This document shows, piece by piece, positions 28,077 to 44,129 of a stretch of 64,000 nucleotides of DNA. A program made the translations under genes and the position numbers. The stretch comes from Eledone cirrhosa (taxonomy: Eukaryota). Below the pieces are notes generated by a model. The model was not told the origin of the DNA. It searched no databases and saw only the letters and a program-made list of their open reading frames with translations. The stretch lies in contig OZ024741.1 in the NCBI GenBank assembly GCA_964016885.1, forward strand, positions 288,610,001 through 288,674,000, given 5' to 3'. How positions within the stretch are numbered: position 1 is the stretch's first letter; every line of letters starts with the position of its first letter.

Positions 28077-28556
28077 TCTAACCATCCTAGAAACATCACC
28101 AATAACCTGGTTAAAAACATCTCCCTCTGCATATCTCGTTTGTCCGCTAATGAGCAGATATTCGACGAACATGCGCCTTATTACAACCAGGCCCTCAAGC
28201 GAAGCGGCTTTCGGGAGGAAATCTCCTTTTATCCAGCTTCACTTAGCGGAACCAACAGGCGAAGGTGCCGCTCACGCCCCATAACGTGGTTCAACCCTCC
28301 CCACATGCCGCGGTTGCAACACCAATCGGGAAAATCTTCTTAGTGGAGAGTCGACCAGTAGGTGTAACTGCCCTGATAGATCTACGTGCCCCCTCAACAA
28401 CAGATGCCGCGACCGTAACGTGATCTACCAATGCAACGCAAGTACGGAAAAACTCCAACAAAGCCTATATAGGATTAATCGCTTGTGACTTTAAGAACCG
28501 GCTCTACTAACACAGACATACGTTTAGAAACCCAGCCCGGCGACATGCCACTACAC
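28077..28556 (+). pseudogene. Penelope-like RT C-terminus and GIY-YIG endonuclease, deleted and frameshifted
   Basis: SNHPRNITNNLVKNISLCISRLSANEQIF...YNQALKRSGF...RSRPITWFNPP; then CNCPDRSTCPLNNRCRDRNVIYQC; after a frameshift KAYIGL...FKNRLY*HRHTFRN. Confidence 0.88.
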
Positions 28557-28796
28557 CTTTATCTCTTCTTCTCACTTCCTTCCACTCCCTCTCCTCTTCC
28601 TTTTCCTTTTTCCTCTCTCGCTTACCCCGAGGCAGCCCATCGGGCTTTTGTAGCCTCAGTACCCCCACCCCAGTAAATTCTATATAGCATTGGCCGAAAA
28701 CGCAATACCAGCTAAAATTATAGCAGCTGTTTTAGACACTAGTTTTTTTAATTATTTAATTATTGTTTAATTTTTTAATATCATTATTATTTTTAT

Positions 28797-28903
28797 CCCG
28801 CCGAGGTTAACTTTTCCTTTCATCCTTACGGGGTCGATAAAATAAAGTACCAGTAATGTATTGGGTAATTGCTGGCCTTGTGCCTAAAGTAGAAACAATT
28901 ATT
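28797..28903 (+). mobile_element. 5'-truncated SINE inserted in the PLE
   Basis: CCCGCCGAGGTTAACTTT...CATCCTTACGGGGTCGATAAAATAAAGTACCAG...AGAAACAATT. Confidence 0.85.
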
Positions 28904-29202
28904 ATTTTTATTTATCATTTTTTAATTTTTTAATTTTAATTTATTAACTTTTTAGTTTTATAACTTCCCACTCTGAGATTCTTCCAGAATTCTGTTTTCG
29001 CCTGCTTTCTAGCTAGCCTAATTTCATCCACTCTCCTTAGAATTCACTTTCAACGCTTGACCGGCTCCACCCACTTTCTCATTGTTCTACAGGCAAGTTC
29101 AGTCACCCCACCTCCCACTCACTACCATGAAAGATTTAATTGTGTTTACAAGAAATTTTAACCAATCCTTTTGACAACTACAATCTTCCCATATAAGGAA
29201 TT

Positions 29203-29296
29203 ACCCCTTGAAAAGTTCGGCTATTTATTACCACGCTAAAAATCTAATTTAGTCCAGAAATAGCCGTCGAACAGGCTTGGGCTCTGCCGTCGGGGT
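29203..29296 (+). ncRNA. U3-A8 variant hammerhead in the family A pLTR (this copy damaged in GAAA)
   Basis: ACCCC-TTGAAAA-GTTCGGCTATTT...AAATAGCCGTC-GAACAGGC...GCC-GTC-GGGGT; short copies preserve GAAACGGC-TTGAGCTCT-GCCGTC-GGGGT. Confidence 0.65.
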
Positions 29297-29316
29297 CTTG
29301 AACATTTCCCTATATA

Positions 29317-29367
<51 letters not shown>

Positions 29368-29521
29368 TGAGAGAGAGAGAGAGCCGATAAGAAAAAAAAA
29401 GAGACATATGAAAGAAGTAAAGAAGGAAAGGGTATAATCGTGAGAATTGTTCCGACAAGGGATGACACATATTTAACACGGCTATTATTACTTCAATATC
29501 TCGCCATCATTGACGTAAGTA

Positions 29522-29750
<229 letters not shown>

Positions 29751-30101
29751 TTATATATGCATATATATATATATATATGTATATATGTATATATATATAC
29801 TTATATAAATTAATATGTATGTGTATATTATATATATATATATACATACACACACTCATATATATATGTACGTATATATATATGTGTGTGTATGTGTATA
29901 CGCTTGTGAGTATGTATGTACATATGATGGGTAACTGATATGGTTGCTTCAATGAGCCTTGTAAGCTTCTAAAGAAACTATAAATCTGTTTACACACACT
30001 CACACACATACATATATACACGTACATACAACTATATATGTATATATATGTATACATAAATATATATATGTATATACATAAAAATATATATACATATATA
30101 A

Positions 30102-30133
<32 letters not shown>

Positions 30134-30699
30134 GTCTGTGTCTGTGTGTGTTTGTGTGTGTATGTATGCGTGTGTGCCTGTCTTCATATATATATATGTG
30201 TGTGTGTGTGCGTGCGTGCGTGTGCGCGCGCGTATATGTTTGTTTGTGTGTGTGTTCCTATGTGTGCATGTATATATGTATGTATATCTATATATATGCG
30301 TGTGTGTGTATTTATATTTATCATCTAAGTTAGTCTGTGATTATTTGAACAGATCACATAGAAGACTGTTTAGATCTGACGGCGAAATGTCTGATGACGT
30401 ATTACTAATCAAACAGATGAATTAACAAACAAACATATAGAAGGGGACGTTACTCCGTCTGGTCATTCAGACTGCTTGAAATAGCAGGAAAGCCTTTTTA
30501 ATATCATATCCTATAACCTTGAAGTAAAGGAGTCGGGGGAGGAAAGGCACACATTAGTTAATGTACTCTGAGATAATCCATTGGTCCCATAACTTTCCAG
30601 GGAGTCGTAGGGGCACCAAATTGACATACAGCATTTCTAGGGCATTTTTAAAACCTGGCGGAACCCATGTCCTCTGCAGGTCTGAACACAGCAGATTTA

Positions 30700-30862
30700 C
30701 TGCTGAGTGGGATAGAACCTGACTGGTACTTTTATTATTGTCTTGGAATGGATGGAAGGCAAAGTAAACCTCGGTGAGATTTGAACTTAGAGAGCAGAGA
30801 ACCGAAACGAATGCCGCAAAGCATTCTATCCGATGGTCTAACGCCTCTGCCAATTCGCCGCT
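30700..30862 (-). mobile_element. Older SINE copy
   Basis: GACTGGTACTTTT...GGATGGAAGGCAAAGTAAACCTCGGTGAGATTTGAACT...CTGCCAATTCGCCGC; further decayed copies lie at about 31515-31630 and 31640-31775. Confidence 0.75.
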
Positions 30863-32597
30863 TTGTACTGTGAGATATTACACTCTAAACCAATCGATTT
30901 GTCCATATAACAAATGCTCACCAGTCAAAAACTTAGTTAAGACTTTGCTGCAACGTCACCTATCGGCAATCCAGGTCCATCAAACAGCTTTCATGTCTTC
31001 GCGTCTAAGTGTCCATTTCTCAGATCTGACAATATGATTTTCGTGTGCCACGTCAAAAAATGTCATTTGCTATAAGCATGTCTTTGTTAATCTTTCAATC
31101 CTCTGAATTGTTCCACATCTAATCTACTGGTTTCTATCGCTAATTCTTTGCTATAGCTTATCAGTTCTACTCAACATTATATCTATCGACATTACCTCGA
31201 GGGTTATTAGTTCTCATTGCTAAAGAATCTAGTTGGCTAGTTCACAATAATCCACCGCCTTCATTATCAGCTTCTACATCTACTTCTCCAGATACACTCC
31301 AGCGGTTCTTTCACCAGTGTGATACTGGACATTTGCCAATCCATGTTAGGGAGAGGATAAATTCCAAATTACATGTTTTTGGGTGGATCATCTTAGCTTC
31401 TTTTTCACTATGGAATAGGAGTCCAACTAATAATTTCTTTATTGGTCACATGGGCTGACATACAAGAGACAATACGAAAGGAAGGACAGTAGAGGTTTAT
31501 AAAAAATGGTGATTTAGGCCAGTACTTAAGCGAGAGGGGAAAGACGATTATATTGACCCCAGTATTTGACATACAGCATTTTCTCTATCTCGAAAGGCAA
31601 AGTTAACCCCAGTAAGATTAGAACGTAGAACATAATTTAGGTACAAGATCAACAATTTTCGATAAAGGAGGGAAATCGATTAAATCAACCACAGTACATA
31701 ACTGGTATTATATTTTATCGACTCCGGATGATAAAAAAAAATTACTGTCGCCCTCGGCGGGATTTGAAACTAAAAAAACAACGTGAAGAATATACTTAAA
31801 ACTAAACATTATGGGATAAAATGATGAATAGTACGCTCTACCGATTATACAGATCTACAGGATATTATGTGCATTTCAGGTACGTATTTCTTTGCTTTCT
31901 GTAAGCCTTGGAAACATCAATTTCGGAAGTTGTGTGTCTTGTAGAGATTGAAGTCAACCTTGAACGGAAGGAATTCGTCTTGTGTTTTTTCCTGACATTA
32001 TTGCAACGGAACCAAACGATTGGTCAATAAAGTCAAACGGAAATCGCCTGATCTCACTATAGTGCTTCCCACCATAGCTTTCACCCTCCACTAACACAGA
32101 CAAATAGAAGAAAGGAAAAAAACAATACTCTGTTCTAACTGGGAAAAGAAGATTTGTAGTACCACGCAAACACAAACGAACATAGAACCAACACAGCCAA
32201 GCGCGCGCACACACACACACATACACGCACACACACACACACATATAAATATATATATATATATATATATACATACACAAAAATATTTGTTTATACATAT
32301 ATGTATATATTTACATATATAAATATATATATATGTGTGTTTGTGTTGATATATATACACAAGTACGTCTCTCTCTCTCCCCCTCTCTCTCTCTCTTCCC
32401 CCTCTCTCTCTCTCTGTATATATATATATATAAAAAGGTCTTTATTGCTTTACACACATGTATATTTATATATATATATAGAGAGAAAGATACATGCAAA
32501 TATATTTGTTGATGCATATATATGTATATACATATATATGTATATACATATGTTTGCGTGTGCTCCTGTTGATATACATACAAAGTACTCACATACA

Positions 32598-32681
<84 letters not shown>

Positions 32682-32688
32682 TACATAT

Positions 32689-32801
<113 letters not shown>

Positions 32802-33080
32802 TATGAAATCTGTCCGTATGTATATATATGTATGTATATTTGTGCTAGTCCATCTCTCAATCAATAACTAAAACAGCCAATACATTGTATGACGCTATTT
32901 CTCATGTTTCTATAAATCTTCCTTTTTCTTCTTTGAATCTGTCTTTCTTCTTAATCTTTTTTCTTTCTTGCTTACTTTCTGTTCCTCTGCATAACTCAAA
33001 CAAGTTAAGAAATGTCTTTTTTCACCGCATTTACGCAATAACTTTGTTGCCCTAAAAATAATTTTAGTGACATAATCCAG

Positions 33081-33152
<72 letters not shown>

Positions 33153-33217
33153 ATATCTATCTATCTATCTATCTATCTATCTACACCGACCTACCTATCT
33201 ACCTATCTATCTATTTA

Positions 33218-33287
<70 letters not shown>

Positions 33288-33299
33288 TACTATACATAC

Positions 33300-33587
33300 A
33301 TTCATGTATACAACGCTATTTCAGAGCACCAATCCTAACATTTTAAATTTTTGCTGGCCCGGCAATCGCTCTGTATAATTACTGGAATTCTATAAGAATC
33401 CAGCCTCTATAATTTTCAACAAGAGCAGGGAGTACGTTGCTCTGAGGAACACCAACAGTGTAAAACAGAATATATCAGCTTCTCTCCCTTTTTGCCGAAA
33501 AATTAAGTGACATTGTCACTACTTTAAAATGGTCTTCAAATGTTTTTAATTAAACATACGGTATATTGCCAAATATACTATACATAC

Positions 33588-33590
<3 letters not shown>
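33300..33590 (+). mobile_element. Diverged monomer of the 320-bp hammerhead repeat (HHR 33439-33479, decayed)
   Basis: Colinear with 34820-35140; GCT-CTGAGGA-ACAC-CAACA-GTGT-AAAAC-AGAATAT-ATC-AGC. Confidence 0.7.
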
Positions 33591-33656
<66 letters not shown>

Positions 33657-33663
33657 ATATATA

Positions 33664-33788
<125 letters not shown>

Positions 33789-33800
33789 ATATATATATAC

Positions 33801-33866
<66 letters not shown>

Positions 33867-33870
33867 ATAT

Positions 33871-33944
<74 letters not shown>

Positions 33945-33950
<6 letters not shown>

Positions 33951-34811
33951 GTTTACATATATATATTTATATAGTCATAAATATATATATATGTTTTGCA
34001 ACGGGTCACTTTGTGGCTCAATGAAGAATTAATAAATTAAATAATCAGAGCTATATATCATAAAACATGTCTATAGAATCACCAGATAAAATATATACCG
34101 TTTCCTCTCCCAATTAGCATAATTAACCATATAAAAAATCAATTAGACCAAGCTATAAGAATAAAGGCTCCTATGAAGAAATCTCCGATAAATAACCGAA
34201 AGCAGCCCCTTCGCGGCGGTTACGACGGATCATTTATTGAATATTTCGATAGCATATATAAATCGACCAGATATACAGTCAACTAAACAGAATTAGGCGT
34301 AAAATAAACTAGAAGAAAAGTGCACATATTTAAATACCTTTACCATGGTTTCATCCGCATTTTAAGACATCCGATAACATTGGATATCTAGAGCTTCGGA
34401 TTCTTCAGGAAGTTAGCTCAAATTTAGACAATTAATTTTCCAAAGTGATCGCGCCAAGAATACATTCAAAAATGGCTAAGAATCGTGACGTGGCAGCGGT
34501 CAAGTTAGAAAGGATATGATTAGTTGCTTACGGCTGGTAGGCTTTTTGCTAGAAAGCGCAGCCCAATACAGCCAAAATTGTATCTCAATCTAACGGAAGA
34601 TTATTACATATAAAGGTTTACATATATATATAAAGTCATAAATATATATGTGTTTTGCAACGGGTCACTTTGTGGCTCAATGAAGAATTAATAAATTAAA
34701 TAATCAGAGCTATATATCATAAAAACATGTCTATAGAATCACCAGTTAAACTATATACCGTTTCCTCTCCCAATTAGCATAATTAACCATATAAAAAATC
34801 AATTAGACCAA
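33945..34811. mobile_element. Element with about 205-bp terminal direct repeats (period about 660 bp)
   Basis: 33945-34151 is nearly identical to 34608-34811; left side abuts (TA)n; no ORF. Confidence 0.7.
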
Positions 34812-35177
34812 TATATACATTCATATATATATCGCTATTTCAGAGCACCAATTCTAATTTTCTATTTCTGCTTGACCGGCAACCGCTCTGTATAATCAGT
34901 TCCCGATTATTACTAGAATTCTATAAGAATCAAACATTCATGATTTTCAGCAAACAGGTGGAGTATTTAGCTTTGATAAGTACCAAAAAGTACGAAACAG
35001 AGCTCTGTCAGCTTTATCTCCCCTGTTTGCTGAAAATTTAAAGTAAGTGAGACTGTCACTACTCTAAAACAATAGCGTAAGGTCTTCGAAATGCTTTTAA
35101 TTAAGCATACAGTGTATTGCAAAATACACTATATATACATTCATATATATATCGCTATTTCAGAGCACCAATCTAAT
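34812..35177 (+). mobile_element. 320-bp monomer plus start of the next unit, containing an intact hammerhead
   Basis: CAGAGCACCA recurs at 34841 and 35161 with an identical 30-bp upstream context. Confidence 0.8.
34969..35013 (+). ncRNA. Type I hammerhead ribozyme, U3-A8 variant
   Basis: AGCT-TTGATAA-GTAC-CAAAAA-GTAC-GAAAC-AGAGCTCT-GTC-AGCT: all stems pair, palindromic stem III, GUC triplet. Confidence 0.82.
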
Positions 35178-35204
35178 ATATATAGATATATACAGTATGT
35201 ATGT

Positions 35205-35345
35205 ATGTAAAAGGTAAACAGAAATAACAACTCAATCGGTACAGTATATGGAAGGGATATATTAGGTTAACGCTTGATATAGCAGGAAGAGGGTCTTAAC
35301 TTTCGGGCGCTAGTCCTTCATCAGAAGAAAGAATGAGAAATAAGA
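35205..35345 (-). mobile_element. pLTR-like end with decayed minimal hammerhead (35294-35328)
   Basis: Minus strand TCTT-CTGATGA-AGGACTAGCGCCC-GAAA-GTT-AAGA; the tail matches 50975-51040; CTGATGAAGGACT also occurs truncated at 7248-7260. Confidence 0.55.
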
Positions 35346-36031
35346 TAGATTGACGGGACGGGAGGGAGGGAATTGAGAAAAAATGTCTTTAGATAAAAAT
35401 AACAGGTCCATTTATGTTGTCATCTCTTGCATATAATTAATTTAATTAGACAATTCTGTTGATTGGTTAATTATTTGTGTTTGTTTAATAACGTCTAGTT
35501 GAGAGCTTTTATTCGGAATGTTGAGCGGAAATAATTTTCCTTTGTTAACACTTTGAATTTACCCGCCAAAAACCAGGGGTTGCTTCCCTTGTTGGAAATA
35601 ACACGTGACAACGAAATGATTGAAGGCTGGCTATTGTAGCATTCGCATGGAGTTTAAACTCACACGCGTTTGAGGCTTAAGAACGAAATGCCTGTCGATG
35701 AAGTGAGTCCTCCTGTTCGATCATGGAATACCACAAGCTTGCGTGTTACGTAAGTGGGATTGATGATTTAGGATTCATAGAAACATATCGGACATATTGC
35801 AGAATATTGTTCGATCTGTCTAGGTCTGTTGTTTTAACCTGATTAGTTCTTTCGTTGTTTTGGTACTGTATGGTTGGGTTTTGCCTACCACAATTTTCAA
35901 TTTGTCAAGCTATTTAAACGTAATGTTATAACTCTAAGGACCTACCCTTATTGAGTGTTTTGCTATTTATCCCTTATTGTAGGTCGACTTCGCTTTACCA
36001 CAGCCAAAGCTTCGATTTTACTAAGCTCCCA

Positions 36032-36068
<37 letters not shown>

Positions 36069-36071
36069 GAT

Positions 36072-36545
36072 TTTCGTATATCTAAAGATATGCGGTATAT
36101 TTAATAAATAAATATTTTGAAAGCCTAGCTATGAATAGAGGGCTGACGGCCAACGCCGTCTAGCAGATTCCAGCAGAAGCAGCGGAGGATAATTGTTTAT
36201 GCATTTCGAACTCTGGTTCTTATCAGGACAATGCTTCCCTTGGTAACTGCTGGGATTTGAAGCAGGCGAAAATATATAGCTTCTTCGCCTGTGTATGTAG
36301 GCTGATTAGCCTCATTTGCATACGAAGCTGTATAAGCTGGTTCAACTAAAAAGAATTATAATTTAGCTTCGGCATAGCTGTATACATATATGCATGTGAA
36401 TTTCGTATATATAAAGATATACGGTATGTTTAATAAATAAACATTTTGAAAGCCAAGCTATGAATAGAAGGCTGACGGCCAGCGCCGTCTAGCGGATTCC
36501 AGCAGAAGCAGCGGAGGATAATTGTCTATGTATTTCGAACTCTAA
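36072..36545 (-). mobile_element. About 329-bp tandem monomer (1.4 copies) with minimal hammerhead at 36192-36232
   Basis: Repeat starts at 36072 and 36401; minus strand ATTGTC-CTGATAA-GAAC-CAGA-GTTC-GAAA-TGC-ATA-(A/G)ACAAT. Confidence 0.75.
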
Positions 36546-37104
36546 TTGTCTATGCATTTTGAAGCTTAATTAGATTGGATCACCGAAGGTGGTGCCCCAG
36601 GATGACCTTAATGACTGAAATAATCAAAAGAATAAACACAATGGTTTACTAAAAAATTGCTGCTGACCGTCATCTACTCCATCTTCTGATACCAATAAAC
36701 ATACTTCTATCTCACCACAGAACAAAGTTAAGTTGGGGTTAAAACTGACAAATAGTTAATATCACCACCAACAAGCCACAACCCCAGTCCACCACTACCA
36801 ACCACCAACACCTCCAACACCACTACCACACCAACTCCAACACCACTACCACACCACCACCACCACCACCACCACCACCACCACCACCACTAAAATCACT
36901 ACCACCACCAACAGCAACAGAGTTACTATCCCCAACAACAAGCCCTAGCCCCATCACTACCGCCACCACCACTAACACCACAATACCACCACCACCACCA
37001 ACAACAAAAACCACCATCACTATCGCTTCATCCCTATCATTTATTTTTCAACATCAACTACTAAATAACAGCAAATACATAAATGCATATATATATATAT
37101 AAAC

Positions 37105-37181
<77 letters not shown>

Positions 37182-37233
37182 ATATATATGCATGATGCAT
37201 ATATAAACATTTATACTTATGTATGCTTACAAG

Positions 37234-37316
<83 letters not shown>

Positions 37317-37584
37317 GTGTGCATCTACGGATGCGTTTATATGTATATGCGTTTGTGTATGTGAGTGTAAGTATGGCTCCCTCATTTATCGACAATCACC
37401 GTAAAATTTCGACGTCATAAAACTCTTGCCTCGTTTTCACTTCCTACAAACCGCCTCTATGATTTTTATCTCTTAAATACATTATCAAAATATCAGTGTT
37501 ACGCATGCGTGAACACAATTATTTTTACTCGATATTTACTAGTTTAGTGTTTTACAACCCTTCACTTTACACCTCTTTATGTCT

Positions 37585-37645
<61 letters not shown>

Positions 37646-37771
37646 CATCTTACACACACACACACACATATATATATATGTATATATATGTGTGTGTGTG
37701 TGTGTGTGTATATATATCAATCTATCTATCAACATACCTATCTCTCTCCATCTAACTACCCACCTACCTAC

Positions 37772-37803
<32 letters not shown>

Positions 37804-37841
37804 TTGTCCTCTTCTTTTGTGCCCCTGTGGCTAATAAAGAA

Positions 37842-37911
<70 letters not shown>

Positions 37912-38159
37912 TTATATTTAACAATTGCTAACTTTATCACAGTATGTATCTTTCAATCACTATCCCCCCTCTTTCTCTAAATCTCTCAATCACACTTTTG
38001 GCCTCTTTCTCTCCCCCTCTTTTTCTCCTCTCTCACCATCCCCCTTTCTTCCAGTCGTACTGCTAAACGTACAAATTAACGTACAAATTGAAGTATTTCT
38101 GTTTTACGACTTAATGAGAAATGTCCCCTTACGTCTCTATGTTCCTACACACATACATT

Positions 38160-39830
<1,671 letters not shown>

Positions 39831-40107
39831 CAAGCACTGCTACCACTCTCATCACCAGCTTCTTCTCCACCACCGCTGCCGCCCTCAATACAACCATCTC
39901 TTGCACTATCACCATCACCACAAAAACACATAGAGAAAGCCAGTTATTATGTGTGAGTAGATATCTTGTTTGACAATGACGTGCCGTGTGAGATTATTAT
40001 GTTGCTAGTTAAACTAGTTGATATGAATGTGGACATTAACCAGATCAATGTCTTCTGTATCAGTGAACACAGAAAAATATATTGAGAAGGGTTTCTGGGT
40101 TTTTTTT

Positions 40108-41010
<903 letters not shown>

Positions 41011-41094
41011 TGTGTGTATTTTGCAGTGGATATTGTATATGAGTAGATCTGTGTGAATTTGTGCAAACTGTGTGTTGTATATATATTTGTGTGG

Positions 41095-41250
41095 ATGCAG
41101 CTTAGCTGAATGGTTAAGAAGTTGGCTTCGCTATCATTAGGTCTCGGTATCGATCCCATTTCGCAGCGTGTTTGGTAAGTGTCATATATCTTAACCTCAG
41201 CGCGACCCATGCCCTGTGACTAAAATTTGGTAGACAGAAAGGGTTTGGAA
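41095..41250 (+). mobile_element. Decayed tRNA-headed SINE of a second family
   Basis: TAGCTGAATGGTTAAG A-box and GGTATCGATCCC B-box-like motif, followed by TTGGTAAGTGTC. Confidence 0.45.
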
Positions 41251-41401
41251 TTTCATCGAATGAACTCTTCCTGCTATACCTTGGTACTCCCCACGCCACG
41301 TTGAATCACCCCGAAAATTATTTTAAGATGGTTTTTATCCTTGATCTAAGCATTGGTTTGTTTTCGTCATCTAAAGAGTGAAACAGTTTTAGGAAATTCT
41401 A

Positions 41402-41765
41402 TGGCGGTGGATTGACACTGCCGTAGGATAAATGTTTAGCTGTATTTGTTCGGGCTCTTTACGTTCTGATTTCAATTTCTGCTAGGGTAAACTTTTCCTT
41501 TCATCCTTAGGAGGTCGATGCAATAAGTACCAGTCAAATAGTGGGGTCGATGTAATCGCTTTCCACTCCTCCTAATTACTGGCCTTGTGCCTAAATCATA
41601 ATTTATTATATATTTAGAGCGGTGGATTGGCAGTATCGTAGAGCGTCAGACACCATGCTTTGCAGCATTTAACTTTGCCTTTCATCCTTACTGGGTAGAT
41701 AAAATAAAGTACCAGTAATGCACTGGAATAATTGTTGGCAATGTGCCAAAAGTAGAAACAATTAT
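41402..41765 (+). mobile_element. Two tandem SINE copies (Deu/Nin-like core)
   Basis: GCGGTGGATTG heads at about 41404 and 41619, each with core and 3' end. Confidence 0.8.
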
Positions 41766-42127
41766 TTAGCTCATGTAATGTAGGTGGCTTATGGTAGAAA
41801 AGGCGCTTTGAAATCCTACTTGTTCATTTGATTGGTTTTTGTCCGATTAATTGGCAATTCTGTTCAACACTATTTTTGTGAATCTCTTGTATACAGCCCT
41901 TAAAATACTTATAGGTTGATTGTTTGTTAGGCCTTTTCTATCACCCTTTCATGCAGTGAAATGATTATTGTGATGTGCCAACGTTAGAGAATTTCGCATT
42001 GCCTGAGGCAGTGAAATCAGTGAAGTGTTTGGCAAGTTGCTTTCATATACGAGTAGCTTCTCCTACGTCCTTTTACAACACTGGGTATTATGCAGTACTT
42101 TCCTGTATATATTTTCATACATGTGTA

Positions 42128-42160
<33 letters not shown>

Positions 42161-42344
42161 CAAACGTATGTATTTTTAATTGTTCTTGTTTAAATCCCAG
42201 GAAAAGCAATAGCTCATCGTCTGAGCCTATGTACCATTCCATCTTTGAAAATGGTAGAGTGTAATTTGAGAAATTTGGCTGAGATTTAGAAGATTTTTAT
42301 TCCATATTTTGTCATACATGGTATATCAAAACATGCATTTAACC

Positions 42345-42810
42345 ATTATTGATTTCAAAATTAGGCACAAGACCAACACAGTTATGTGGGTGGGGCGGCA
42401 AAGTCGATTAATTCAATGCCAGTGCTTGACTGGTAGTATATTTTATTGACACCGGAAGGATGAAAATTTGTCCCCGGCGGGATTTGAACTCAAAAGGTAA
42501 AGAGTCAGAACAAATAGCGTGATTGCTTTGTAACAGAAGCTCTACCAGTTTTACTAAACCACTATTTTACATTTAGCAAATATTGCTTTATTTAATAAAG
42601 AGAGGAACTGGCAGAGTAGTTAGAATATTGAATAGAATGCTTTACGGTATTCCTTTTGGCTCTCAGCTCTCTCAGTTCAAATCCCATCGATGCCAACTTT
42701 GTCTTTCCTCCTTTTAAGGTCAATAAAAAAGTACTAGTCTAGTACTGCGGTCGATTCTTCCTCTATCCATCTCCCTATTTTTCCTTCTCTGGAAGAAATC
42801 TGCTGTATAC
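42345..42810. mobile_element. Minus-strand SINE (42345-42560) and plus-strand SINE chimera (42604-42810)
   Basis: Core and B-box motifs; the second copy continues into TTCTTCCTCTAT...TCTGGAAGAAATCTG as at 15950 and 22618. Confidence 0.7.
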
Positions 42811-42860
42811 GTACAAAGTTTGCAGAACTGGAAGCTGTGGCTATTAGTCATACATACATA

Positions 42861-42927
<67 letters not shown>

Positions 42928-43149
42928 TCTCTCTCTCTTTCACACACACATTCAAACACATATATGTATGTGTGTGTGCATGTATGTGTGTGTGTGTATG
43001 ATACATCATGTGTGTATATATATTTTAAGACAAACTACTTATTTGTTCATTACCTCTTACTATTTACTCTAAATACATCTAAAATTATATCACTTACTAA
43101 ACAATATCTTCTGTGTGTTCTGACTCAAACTTTCTCATCATGCATCTTA

Positions 43150-43782
43150 CCACCATTTTCACTATCGTCATTACACCAGCACCACCACAAGCATCAACAC
43201 CACCACACCACCACCATTATCACCACAACCAGCATCACCACCACCACCAGCATCACCACCACCACCACCATTACCACCACCACCCTTACCACCATCACAC
43301 TTACTACCACCACCACCACCACCACCACCCCACCAGCAACAACACCAGCACCGCCAACAACACCACCAGCATCACCACTACCACCACCATTACCACCACC
43401 ACCACCACCACCATCATTACGAACAACAGCACCAACAACAACACCACACCCACCACTGCCACTACCACCACAACTACCACTACCAATACCACCAACATCA
43501 ACTCTACCAACGTCATTAACACTATCACCATCATCACCACCACAATGAAACCACCACCATTTTCATAATCATAACCATCACCACTAACACTACCATAACC
43601 ACAAACATCAACATCACAACCGTCACCACCACCACTGCCACCTCAACCATCATCATCACCACCACCGCCGCCGCCGTCGCCGTCACCACCACCACCACCA
43701 CCACCACCACCACCAACATCACCACCACCACCACCACCACCACCACCATCACAACCACCACTGCCAGCACCACCACAACCAT
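43150..43782. repeat. (ACC/ATC/AAC)n imperfect tract
   Basis: Seen directly. Confidence 0.92.
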
Positions 43783-44098
43783 ACTTTTATGGGCTGGGTG
43801 GCAAAGGAATTATTCGTTTATATATTTATTTGGTTATTTATTTATTTATTTATTTATTTAAGAATTTTTTTTATTTATGTTTTGGTGTGAAAATTGAGGA
43901 CAGGCTGTTTGTGTATATGTGTGTATATGTGTGTATATGTGTGTATATGTGTAAATATGTTTGCCTGTATGTGTGTGTATGTTTATGTGTGAATGTGTGT
44001 TTAGGTGTGTGTGTATCTGTGAGCCGTTGTGTAATTATATCTTGCGCGTTATCATATTTTGCTTCGCATGAAATGTCTAGTTGTATGTATGTACGTAC

Positions 44099-44129
<31 letters not shown>

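Larger units (their letters stand above)
27671..29312 (+). mobile_element. Penelope-like element remnant with inverted pLTR arms and tail (family A long form)
   Basis: Arms at about 27749-28075 and 28999-29312 are reverse complements; tail 27671-27748; internal RT-thumb/GIY-YIG remnant; flanked by (TA)n. Confidence 0.88.

Noticed and set aside
30391-30425. CTGATGA hammerhead-like core
   Set aside because: No stem II, no GAAA and no stem I
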